A DNA stretch of 64,000 bases, taken from NCBI GenBank assembly GCA_000092065.1, contig CP000584.1; one strand, given 5' to 3'. Position 1 is the first letter of the stretch. Each line of letters opens with the position of its first letter. The notes under the pieces are model-generated. The model searched no databases, was not told where the DNA came from, and saw only the letters and a program-made list of their open reading frames with translations. Positions 9,914-18,634 of the stretch are shown here, one piece after another. This stretch comes from Ostreococcus lucimarinus (lineage: Eukaryota). A program made the position numbers and the translations under genes.

Positions 9914-10519
9914 ATGCGCGATGTGCTCCGCGCCGTCGCGCGCGCTGCGTCGACGTCGCGCGCGCGCGCGGCGACGCTCGACCGCGGCGCGGCGTCGAAG
10001 CGTCACGGCGCATTCGACCGCGCTTTCCGACGTTTTTCTTCCTCGGAAGACGACGTCGCGGCGAGAGTGCGCTCGAAAGTGCGCGCCGGGGAGCAGCCAG
10101 ACTTCATGGACGTCGCGGGGCACGTGTTCGCGAGGCGCGAGGGCGCGAGCGCGCGGACGGGTGGTGGTCGCACGCGCGGCGAGCGAGGCTGGGACTGGCA
10201 CGCGTGGCAACTGCTCGTCGCGTGCGTGCCCGCGGCGATGTCGTACGCGTGCGTGATGTATATCGATAAGAACTACGTGCCGGTGTACGTGAATGAGATG
10301 GAGGCGCGCGAACGGGCGAGGGAGGCGAAGATTATGGAGACCACGGCGCCGGCGGACGCGAGGCGCGACGAAGAGGCGACGAGGCTGCGCGCGCGATTGG
10401 CAGAGTTAGAGGCGAGCGTGCGCGAGGTAGGGGCGCGCATGGCGAGTTTAGAGCAACCGAAACCTAGCGAAGACGCGCAAACGGCGAGTGAAGGCGAGAA
10501 ATCTCGAACGACGGCGTGA
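9914..10519 (+). CDS. hypothetical protein: basic presequence, one TM helix, C-terminal coiled coil
   Basis: 201-aa ATG-initiated ORF; TM 'WHAWQLLVACVPAAMSYACVMYI'; 'EARERAREAKIMETTAPADARRDEEATRLRARLAELEASV' coiled coil; overlapping minus ORF is R-rich nonsense; no homolog recognised. Confidence 0.35.
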   Translation: MRDVLRAVARAASTSRARAATLDRGAASKRHGAFDRAFRRFSSSEDDVAARVRSKVRAGEQPDFMDVAGHVFARREGASARTGGGRTRGERGWDWHAWQLLVACVPAAMSYACVMYIDKNYVPVYVNEMEARERAREAKIMETTAPADARRDEEATRLRARLAELEASVREVGARMASLEQPKPSEDAQTASEGEKSRTTA

Positions 10520-10622
10520 GGCGAGCGCGTTCAATCTTCTCGACGGAGTCGCGACGCAGCACACTAGTCCATAGATCCCACGTAGCGCTTGAACACATCA
10601 ATAGTTAGTTTACATTCCATCA

Positions 10623-11213
10623 TCACACGCGTCCGCGAAGCTTAGACTTCTTCGGCGCTCGAAAATCGACGCGGGTCGTCCCCGCCGACGCCGCCTCCTC
10701 GCGCCAGTAGTGATACGACTCCGTCATCTTCATCAACGTCCCAGACGAGTGCTGCATCGCGTTCCTCTTCCTATCCATCACCATCGCGCTCAAATCATCT
10801 CCGTGCGCTTTCACCAGCGCCTCCACCACGCGCGTTTGTTTCGGCGTCAACCGCTTCGGCGCCGAGAACCCGCTCGTTTTCGTCTCTCCCAGCAGCGCGC
10901 GCGTCTCGTCCCCGTTCGACGTCGCCAGCGTCGCCACCGCCTCTCGCACCGACGCCCCCGGGTCGTCCATCGCGTTTCGTCCGCCGCGTCCCGCGACGTT
11001 CGCGTCGCTCGCGAGTCCGCTCGCCGCGTAGTTTCGCGTCAGCGTCGCGTCCACGTTCCAGGGCTCGGTCGCGCGCGGCGCGCCGGGCAGGCTCACGACG
11101 GCGTGATCGACGCGCGCGCGACCGGTTTGGAAGTTTGTCGTGACGCCGACTTTTTGCGTCTTCTTCCCGGCCGCCGCCTTGGCGCGCTTCTTGCGACGGA
11201 GCGAACCAGCCAT
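10623..11213 (-). CDS. NOP16-like nucleolar ribosome-biogenesis protein (tentative)
   Basis: 196 aa; basic N-term 'MAGSLRRKKRAKAAAGKKTQK'; 'RVVEALVKAHGDDLSAMVMDRKRNAMQHSSGTLMKMTESYHYW' resembles NOP16 'LIDYVRYMVENHGEDYKAMARDEKNYYQDTPKQI'; ATG verified. Confidence 0.45.
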   Translation of the reverse strand: MAGSLRRKKRAKAAAGKKTQKVGVTTNFQTGRARVDHAVVSLPGAPRATEPWNVDATLTRNYAASGLASDANVAGRGGRNAMDDPGASVREAVATLATSNGDETRALLGETKTSGFSAPKRLTPKQTRVVEALVKAHGDDLSAMVMDRKRNAMQHSSGTLMKMTESYHYWREEAASAGTTRVDFRAPKKSKLRGRV

Positions 11214-11343
11214 GGCGACGGCGGCGGTTCGCGTCTTGCACTGCGGCCGGGCTCGGCGCGCTCGGCGCGCGCGCGTCGGTCGTTCGGTCGGCGCTTCTAC
11301 GGTTACAATCGCGCGCGTCGCGTCGCGCCCGAGCTACGGCTAC

Positions 11344-11892
11344 TCACATCGGATCGTCCTCGAAACTCTTCATCATCATGTTCCCCAACAGCACGTCGTC
11401 CACCGTCGTCGTCTTCGCGCACCGCAGCACGCTCGCGAGCTTCGCCGCGAGCTGGTGCTTGCACGCCAACGCCTCGCCTCGATTGACGCACTCCCAAAAA
11501 AACGATCGACACGAGCAAAAGTGCGCGGGAAAGCACAAATACGGCGCCCTTTCGTGCGCGCCGCTGCCGTGCACGGCGTACATCGACCGTCCGCTCCTCT
11601 CGGCGACGACGCGCCGCACGCGTCCCGCCTGCATCACCTCGAGCGCCTTTTGCAGGTGTTTCGCCCCGTACAGCCACGCCAGCGCTTCCAGCGCGTCGTC
11701 CGGGACGTCGATCGCGCGGTTCGCATCGCGCGCGACGCGCGCGCGCCTCGCGAGCGCGTCGAACGCCGCCTCGGCGATCGCCGCGCCGCGATGTCGCGCG
11801 TCGTTCGACGCGTCGCGCCAGCGCTTCGGATTCGAATCATCCTCCGCCTCCGACGTCGACGTCGCGCGTCGTCGCGCGGGCGCCGCGCCCAT
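11344..11892 (-). CDS. SWS1: SWIM zinc-finger protein SWS1/ZSWIM7 homolog (Shu-complex recombination factor); the 330-aa low-complexity extension of the listed ORF upstream (to 12882) is judged spurious; alternative start 11952
   Basis: 'SMYAVHGSGAHERAPYLCFPAHFCSCRSFFWECVNRGEALACKHQLAAKLASVLRCAKTTTVDDVLLGNMMMK' aligns to human ZSWIM7 'VYQVLGSSSKTYTCLASCHYCSCPAFAFSVLRKSDSILCKHLLAVYLSQVM...LSVSDKQLTDILLMEK' (SWIM CxCxnCxH); ATG 11892 verified. Confidence 0.68.
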   Translation of the reverse strand: MGAAPARRRATSTSEAEDDSNPKRWRDASNDARHRGAAIAEAAFDALARRARVARDANRAIDVPDDALEALAWLYGAKHLQKALEVMQAGRVRRVVAERSGRSMYAVHGSGAHERAPYLCFPAHFCSCRSFFWECVNRGEALACKHQLAAKLASVLRCAKTTTVDDVLLGNMMMKSFEDDPM

Positions 11893-12741
11893 GAACGCGG
11901 GCACCGACGACGCGTTCGCGTCCGCGGCGTCCCGGTCGACGTCGCGCGGCATGGCGCGTCGGCGTCGCGCGATGGCGGCGCGAACGGGCGCGCGCGCGTC
12001 GTCGTCGGCACATCGCGACGGCATGCCCGCGGTCGTGCGTCGAGGCGAAGAGTCGAGCTCGGACGACGACGACGACGACGACGACGTCGACGCCGTCGCG
12101 TGCTCGCCCGAGCGCGCGCGCGCGGCGTCGCCGACGACGCGAAGCGCGCGCGCGCGCGCGACGAACGACGGCGACGCGCGCGACGACGCGCGGTCGAACG
12201 CGGCGCGCGTCGTCGAGCGGCGACGCGCGGTGGTGGCGCGCGACGCGAGCGACGACGACGGAGGCGGCGCGCGCGCGCGCGCGGGCGCGGACGGACGGGG
12301 GGAGGGCGCGCCCAACACTAAATTCGTCGCGGCGTGCGTCGCGCCGCTGCGAGACGGACCGATCGCGCGCGCGGCGGTCGCGGCGAAGGCGCGCGATCGA
12401 GATTTGGGGATATTATCGCAGACGTCGGCGTCGATGACGAGGGTGAACGCGCACGCGAGGGAGGCGGCGTTGGCGGCGAGGGAGGCGGCGGATACGACGC
12501 GGCGGTTGACGCGACGGCACGGACGAGACGACGACGACGACGACGAGGCGTAGGCGTGGGCGGCGCACGTTTCGGGGCACACGGAGAGGTGGTATTTCTT
12601 AGACGACGTGTAATAGAGCTTAGCGATGCACCACGAGGGCGACGTCGTCGCCGCGCGCGCCGCGGCGCGCGCGCTCGCCGGCTCGAACGAACCGCCTCGC
12701 CGCACACGCGCGCGCATCGATCGCTCGCCCGCGCGCGCGCC

Positions 12742-15234
12742 ATGTCCGCGCGCGTCGACGACGATGCGCTCGCGGTGTGCGTCAGAGCCGCCGAGCGCGG
12801 GCGCATCGCGCGCGTGCGCGACGACCAAACCGTGTTCAAAGATGAGTGCGCGTTCTCGTTCGACTCTCCGTTGAGCGCGCACGGCGTGTACGTCAACGCG
12901 GAGACGCTGTTCGGGTACTCGCGAAAGTATGTGGCGCTAGACGCCGCGCGCACGGGGTGCGAGGTGTACGTTCGGGTGAAGACGACGCGGACGTTGAAAC
13001 CGACGAGCGAGGGCGAAGCGAAGGACGAGACGCCGACGACGCTCGGATTCGGTGTCGACGGTGGATTCGCGAGTGAGAGCGATAAATACGACGTGGATAC
13101 GACGTATGCGTTAGTGATCGCTCCCGATTTCGACGATGTCTCGCGCGCGCTGCCTTTGGAAGGATTACCGGAGACGCTTCGCGAAGCGTGCGAGAAAATC
13201 GCGCAAAAGCAAGGCTTCCACGACACCGAGGAGACGAAATCTTGGCAAGAGATTCGCGAGGTGTCCAGGTACGCGCTGGAGCTCGCGCAGGAGGACAACG
13301 GAAAGAAGATTCCGAGCGATCCCTCGAAGTGGCGTTGCGAGGAGACCGGAGAGAGTGGAAACTTGTGGGTCAACTTGAGCGACGGTCACATCGGGAGCGG
13401 GCGCAGACATTTTGATGGGTCGGGTGGTAACGGGAGCGCGCTGCGGCACTACGAAGCGATGAAGGCGCAAGGAAAGCACTATCCGCTGGTGGTGAAGCTC
13501 GGTACGATCAGTGCGAACGGCGCGGATGTGTATTCGTACTCCCCAGACGAAGACGACATGGTGGAGGATCCGTACTTGGCCGTGCACCTGCGACACTGGG
13601 GAATCAACATGCTGTCAATGGAGAAGACGGAAAAGAGCATGGCTGAGTTGCAAATTGAGCTCAATAAAGGTTTTGAGTTTGACAAAATCACCGAGGCCGG
13701 GTCGCAGTTGGAGTCGGCGTACGGGCCGCGACTCGTCGGCTTGAAAAACATGGGCAACACGTGCTACTTGAACTCGGTCATGCAGGTGCTTAAGCAAGTG
13801 CCTGCGGTGTGCGATCGGTACTTTGACAAATATGAAATCTTTCAGAGCGCGCCGGAAGATCCCGTGACTGATTTCCCGACGCAAATGTCAAAACTCGTGA
13901 ATGCTCTCGTCTCTGATGAGTACGCGAGTCCAGAGGCTGAGAACGCGGCGGTGGCGGTGTGCCCGCGCATGTTTAAACAGCTCGTCGGCAAAGGACATCC
14001 AGAGTTTAGTACTGGTCGTCAACAAGACGCGGTAGAGTATTTCCAGCACTTGTTAGACGTGATGACTCGCGCTGAACGAGCTGCGAGCTCGCGAGTATCA
14101 GCTGGTCCACCGACTGCGGCGCAGTTTACGTTTGAGATCGAGGACAAGCTCACGTGCGTGGAAAGTGGGAACGTGCGCTACTCGACGCGAAAGGACAACA
14201 TCCTGTCGCTCGGTATTCCTTTAGACAAGGCAACGAACAAGGCATCGGTTGCCGCTTTCAAAGAACGCGAGCTCAAGCGCCAGAAAAAGGAGGAGGAGGA
14301 CGTGGAAGAAATCGTGCGACCCGAGGTGCCGTTTTCTGCGTGCCTTGAAGTCTTCGGCTCGACTGAGACCGTTGAAGACTTCTACAGCACTGCGCTCAAA
14401 CGCAAATCGATCGCGTCAAAAGTGGCGCGCATGAAGACGATGCCCAACTTTCTCGCGGTGCAGCTCAGGCGTTATTACGTTGGTGACGATTGGACGCCGA
14501 AAAAGCTCGACGTCCTCGTCGACGTCCCGAAGACGATTTCGCTCGAGCATCTTCGCGCGCGGGGGCTACAGCCTGGGGAAGTCGAACTTCCCGAAGACCA
14601 AGATGGTGCCGCCATGGAAACCTCATCCACGCCAGCGCCAGCGCGCGTTGAACCCGACATGGCGATCGTAAGCGCGCTCATGTCGATGGGTTTTAGCGAA
14701 AACGGAAGCAAGCGCGCCGCGCTCGCGACGAACAACGCGTCTACTGAGGTGTCGATGGAATGGGTGTTCGCGCACATGGAAGACGCGGACTTCAACGAGC
14801 CGCTTCCCGATCCATCTGAGTTACCATCTGTGAGTGCTCCATCCGCGGTGAATCCAGAATCGGTCATGATGCTCACGTCCATGGGCTTCGGCGAAGACGC
14901 CGCGGAGGCCGCGCTCAAGGCGTGCGCGGGGAATCTGGAGCGCGCGGCGGACTGGTTGTTTTCGCACGCAGATGATCTCCAATCGGCGATCGCTCAAGTG
15001 AACGGTGCCACAAACGATGTGGGTACGGACGTCGACAGCACCACGCTGGACGGCGCCGGCGAATACGAGCTCTTTGGTATCATCAGCCACATGGGCGGGA
15101 ACACGAACTGCGGGCATTACGTCGCCCACGTGGAAATCGACGGCAAGTGGTACATCTTTAACGATCGCAAGGTGGCGCTTTCGAGACAGCCGCCTACCGA
15201 CCTCGGTTACTTGTACGTTTTTAGAAGACGATGA
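12742..15234 (+). CDS. USP5: ubiquitin carboxyl-terminal hydrolase 5 / isopeptidase T (ZnF-UBP, USP catalytic domain, tandem UBA); track start 12334 is GTG with R-rich junk
   Basis: 'MSARVDDD...[29 protein letters not shown]' matches USP5 N-terminus '[29 protein letters not shown]'; Cys box '[18 protein letters not shown]'; His box '...[23 protein letters not shown]'; two UBA-like '[19 protein letters not shown]' / '[32 protein letters not shown]'. Confidence 0.9.
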   Translation: [830 protein letters not shown]

Positions 15235-15369
15235 ATTCCATCGCAAACTCGGAAACTTGCTTCGCCACAACTACTGGGCTGTTGCGTCACCGCTGTCGAC
15301 TGTGCTCGGCATGGATCCGATTCGATTCCACGTCGCGCATCCAAAGCTCTGAGGACTCTCGAAAACTGT

Positions 15370-16443
15370 TTAGCTTCGATTATCGATTGATATTCTACGT
15401 GAATCTTCCTCGTTTTCTCTATGTTTTTCCGCGAGCGATTTATCGTGCGCCACCGTGGTCAACGCGACGCCTAAAATCGTAACAATGGCGCCGACGATTT
15501 CACGCACGGTCAAGATTGGCGTACCTACGAGGGCGTGTGAAAACAATGTTTGAACGATTGGCAACAGCGTCAACGACACGCTCGCGACGAGAAGTGGCAG
15601 GTTTTGAACCGCAACGGTAATCGCCAAGTGTCCCACAGCGATGAGTACACCAACGGCGATGATGAATCGAACATCGTCGCAGTGCGGCCAAGCGAACACG
15701 CCGTAAGGCGGAGTGAGTGACCAGTCAGCTTGATCTGGCACGATCGCAAGAATTAGAAACGAGCACATCATCATGATGATAGTTGCAAATCCTTGAACGA
15801 TGAAGACGCTTGCATTTGTAATCCTGGGTTGTAATCCTGGGTACATCGCATTCTGGGTGCGCCGCATGGATGCGATGTACCCAGCGTACGAGATGGCCGA
15901 ACAAAGTGCAACGAGATCACCAGTGATCGTAGACGGGCGTTGCTGATCACGACGGTTGGAATACGTCGTTGTGATGATTGCCCCAGATATGGTTACGCCC
16001 ACGCCGAACCACTCCGTCCGACTTGGAAACGTCACCAACTCGGACTGGGCATGTCTACTCACGAAAGCAGCACACGCGGCGCCGAGCAAAATGAAAACGG
16101 GATGAACCTGCGCGAAGAGCGCGGTCCGAGGAAACGTCGTCATCTCTAGAGCGATATTCCACGTCGCGTACGACAGTTCTAGGCACACACCGACGACGAA
16201 AAGGGTGAGAATGACCGTTTTCGTCCATCGGATGCTATCGTCAGTAAAACAAGACCAACAGAGCGAAGGAAACAAAAACATCGCCGAAATCTGACTCCTC
16301 CACGAATTGCGCACAATAGGAGGAACCTCGACTAGGTCAAACATCGGGCCGCCAATTCCACAGGCGCACATCACGACGAAAAGCGCGAAAATCCCCGTCC
16401 AACGCGAACGCGGTGCCATGTTGTGAGGACGCACGTGCGACAT
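15370..16443 (-). CDS. multi-pass membrane transporter, drug/metabolite-transporter (EamA-like) superfamily (tentative); first 11 codons of listed ORF lie in a tandem duplication, so start taken at second ATG (alternative 16419)
   Basis: about 10 predicted TM helices across 357 aa; duplicated halves; no soluble domains; family call from topology only. Confidence 0.5.
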   Translation of the reverse strand: MSHVRPHNMAPRSRWTGIFALFVVMCACGIGGPMFDLVEVPPIVRNSWRSQISAMFLFPSLCWSCFTDDSIRWTKTVILTLFVVGVCLELSYATWNIALEMTTFPRTALFAQVHPVFILLGAACAAFVSRHAQSELVTFPSRTEWFGVGVTISGAIITTTYSNRRDQQRPSTITGDLVALCSAISYAGYIASMRRTQNAMYPGLQPRITNASVFIVQGFATIIMMMCSFLILAIVPDQADWSLTPPYGVFAWPHCDDVRFIIAVGVLIAVGHLAITVAVQNLPLLVASVSLTLLPIVQTLFSHALVGTPILTVREIVGAIVTILGVALTTVAHDKSLAEKHRENEEDSRRISIDNRS

Positions 16444-16540
16444 TAAGCATCTAATACAGCATCTAATACACCACAACCGGTGATCACTAACGCGCGACTA
16501 AGCATCTAATACACCACAACTGGTGATCACTAACGCGCGC
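16443..16540. repeat. tandem micro-duplication (about 45-55 bp unit, with an internal 13-bp reduplication gcatctaataca) spanning the cyclophilin stop codon and the transporter start region
   Basis: 'ttaagcatctaatacagcatctaatacaccacaaccggtgatcactaacgcgcgac' followed by 'ctaagcatctaatacaccacaactggtgatcactaacgcgcgc'; unit B encodes the cyclophilin C-terminus '...LVITSCGVLDA*'. Confidence 0.8.
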
Positions 16541-17463
16541 GTCGGTTTGATCCACGCCGCCTTGGCCTTTCCCGCCCGCGAATCGCCTACGAGGTTGGCC
16601 AACGCGTTATACGCTCGCGCCGTCTCGCTCGGCTTGAATGTTTTTTCATTCGAAAGCCGCTGCACGACGTCCAAACCTTGTTCGACGCGACCAAAAACGA
16701 TGTTTTTGTTGTCGAGCGACGGTACCGGCGCTGGACCAGTCGTAATGAGAAATTGAGCCGTCGTTCCGTATTCGCCATCCTTCGCCGCTGACTCGAGCGC
16801 CAGACTCACCGTGCCCGGCCTAAAGTGCCGTCCCTCGAACGCGGACGCGCGCGTGACGTCGCCGTTACTAAACCTCTCCCCGCTCAGCGCCGAAACCTGC
16901 CCCAGTCTCGGACTCCCGCTCTTACCTCCGACGACGTACCCGTTGCCTTTGTCGATTTTATGAAACACCGTCCCCGCCAGCGTCGGCGTCGACGCCGCGT
17001 TCGAGCACAGCGCGAGAAAATTCCGCACCGTATCCGGCGCGGCGTCGCCGTACAATCCGACGACGATCCTCCCGAACGGTTCCGGCGTCGCGCACAGCGC
17101 GCCGCCGTCGTCGCCGAGCGCGCGCGCCGCGTTCGCCGCGCCCTCGCACGCGCCCACGTCCAGGTACACCCTCGCCGTGACGTTCGCCGTCGCGTCCATC
17201 GCGCGCGCGCGCGGCGTCATCACCGCCGCCGCGCACGCGCCGACGAGCGTCGCGCGCCGTCCCGTCGTCGCGTCGTCGTCGTCGTCGTCGTCGTCGTTCG
17301 TTTTCCCGTTTTCCAGCCGCGCGCGCCGCGCCGCCGCGCGCGCCGTCCCTCGCGCCGCGCGCGCGTCGCGTCCGACCGCGCGCGCGCTTCCCGCGTCGCG
17401 TCCGACCGCGCGCGCGCTTCCCGCGTCGCGCGCCGTCGCCGCCGCGACGCCGCGCGACGCCAT
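16498..17463 (-). CDS. cyclophilin-type peptidyl-prolyl cis-trans isomerase with bipartite plastid/thylakoid-lumen (twin-arginine) presequence; alternative start 17220
   Basis: 'GRIVVGLYGDAAPDTVRNFLALCS...FHKIDKGNGYVVGGK...FSNGDV...SLALESAAKDGEYGTTAQFLITTGPAPVPSLDNKNIVFGRVEQGLDVVQRLS...VITSCGVLDA'; upstream 'GRRATLVGACAAAVMTPRARA|MDA' = RR + hydrophobic + AxA; S/A/R-rich leader containing a perfect 30-bp tandem repeat. Confidence 0.78.
   Translation of the reverse strand: MASRGVAAATARDAGSARAVGRDAGSARAVGRDARAARGTARAAARRARLENGKTNDDDDDDDDATTGRRATLVGACAAAVMTPRARAMDATANVTARVYLDVGACEGAANAARALGDDGGALCATPEPFGRIVVGLYGDAAPDTVRNFLALCSNAASTPTLAGTVFHKIDKGNGYVVGGKSGSPRLGQVSALSGERFSNGDVTRASAFEGRHFRPGTVSLALESAAKDGEYGTTAQFLITTGPAPVPSLDNKNIVFGRVEQGLDVVQRLSNEKTFKPSETARAYNALANLVGDSRAGKAKAAWIKPTRALVITSCGVLDA
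17371..17430. repeat. perfect 30-bp tandem repeat x2 inside the cyclophilin transit-peptide coding region
   Basis: tccgaccgcgcgcgcgcttcccgcgtcgcg x2 read directly (encodes ARDAGSARAVGRD AGSARAVGRD on minus strand). Confidence 0.85.
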
Positions 17464-17487
17464 CGCGCGCGACACTGCGGCGCGCGC

Positions 17488-18459
17488 ATGCGCTGCATCG
17501 CGTCCGCGTCGCCGTCGGACGCGCGCGTCGTCGGTCGCGTGAAGCGCATCCACGCCTACGCGCTCAAGGGCGCGCGCTCGACGACGCTCGACGCCGCGGT
17601 CGTGCGTCCCGGCGGCGGCGTCCCCGACGACCGCGCGTTCGCGCTGCTGCGCGCGGAGCACGCCGAGCGCTGGCGACGCGACGGCGCGCGCGACGTCCTG
17701 CGCGCGGGCGAGGGCAAAGACCCGGGACATCACTCGAACAAGCACCTGTTTCACCAGCTCATCACGGACGGCGAGCTGGCGCGCGTGCGGGGACGCGCGT
17801 TCGGCGCGCGCGGCTTGGCGGTGGAGTGCGCGGCGAGCGGGAGGACGCTGGCGACGTGCGCGGACGCGGCGATAGAGAGCGAGCGAGCGAAGATCGAAGC
17901 GTTTTTCGGGACGCTGCTGAAGGGCGCGCGCGGGGCGCCGACGCTGACGCGGGCGGATGGGTGCTCGTTCGCGAACGTCGGCGGACGGCCGGGCGAACAC
18001 ACGCTGCACGTGAACACGACGGCGTCGGTGAGAGAGGCGTACGAGCGAACGTCGTCGTGGGAGCGAACGGGAGAGACGATGGAGGATTTCGCGCGTCGAT
18101 TTCGACCGAATCTCGTCGTCGAGGACGCGGGCGACGGCGCGTTGAAACCTTTCGACGAGTTCGCGTGGTGCGGTCGAGACGTTCGCTTCGGCGAAGTCGT
18201 CGTTCGCGTCGACGAACCGACGATTCGATGTCCGAGCACGCGCGTCCGATACGACGAATCCGGCGACGCCGGCGCGAATATCGACGCCGGCGCCCGTCCC
18301 GACGTCGACATTCGCGCCGCGTTTCCCGCGCTCGAGGCGTCCATATTCGGACGCGACCCCGTCGCGCTCGCCGACCGAGGCTCGTATTTCGGCGTGTACG
18401 CGCGAGTCGTCGTCGGCGGCGTCATTCGCGTCGGCGACGACGTCGCGTTGTTGCCGTGA
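17488..18459 (+). CDS. MOSC-domain protein (YcbX/mARC-like: MOSC_N beta-barrel + MOSC)
   Basis: 'MRCIASASPSDARVVGRVKRIHAYALKGARSTTLDAAVVRPGGGVPDDRAFALL...FRPNLVVEDAGDGALKPFDEFAWCGRDVRFGEVVVRVDEPTIRCPSTRVRYDESG...GVYARVVVGGVIRVGDDVALLP' parallels E. coli YcbX; ATG 17488 verified, 25 bp from divergent cyclophilin ATG. Confidence 0.72.
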   Translation: MRCIASASPSDARVVGRVKRIHAYALKGARSTTLDAAVVRPGGGVPDDRAFALLRAEHAERWRRDGARDVLRAGEGKDPGHHSNKHLFHQLITDGELARVRGRAFGARGLAVECAASGRTLATCADAAIESERAKIEAFFGTLLKGARGAPTLTRADGCSFANVGGRPGEHTLHVNTTASVREAYERTSSWERTGETMEDFARRFRPNLVVEDAGDGALKPFDEFAWCGRDVRFGEVVVRVDEPTIRCPSTRVRYDESGDAGANIDAGARPDVDIRAAFPALEASIFGRDPVALADRGSYFGVYARVVVGGVIRVGDDVALLP

Positions 18460-18634
18460 CGTTCATCGCGTCGAGTCTCCTGGAAGTCTCGCCCGTCGAG
18501 TCTCGCCCGTCCGGCGAACCGGGAGTCGCGGCGTCGACCGCTCGGGAGCGCCCGGCGGGAGTGCCCAGTGACGACGCGCGATTCGGTGTCGATCTGAATC
18601 GGCGTCACAAACCCGCGCGGCGACGCTCGTGACC

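Noticed and set aside
12334-12741. N-terminal extensions implied by the ORF track's first 'M' (12334 USP5, 5611 MTase, 18629 ParA, 23963, 34821 kinesin, 46354 CDC20, 47599 CDC45, 54157 ASPM, 59637 CPI1, 61712 PhyH and others)
   Set aside because: Checking the DNA shows these first codons are GTG, TTG or CTG, not ATG. The extensions are R-rich junk and homology begins at internal ATGs, so they are not adopted as eukaryotic start sites.
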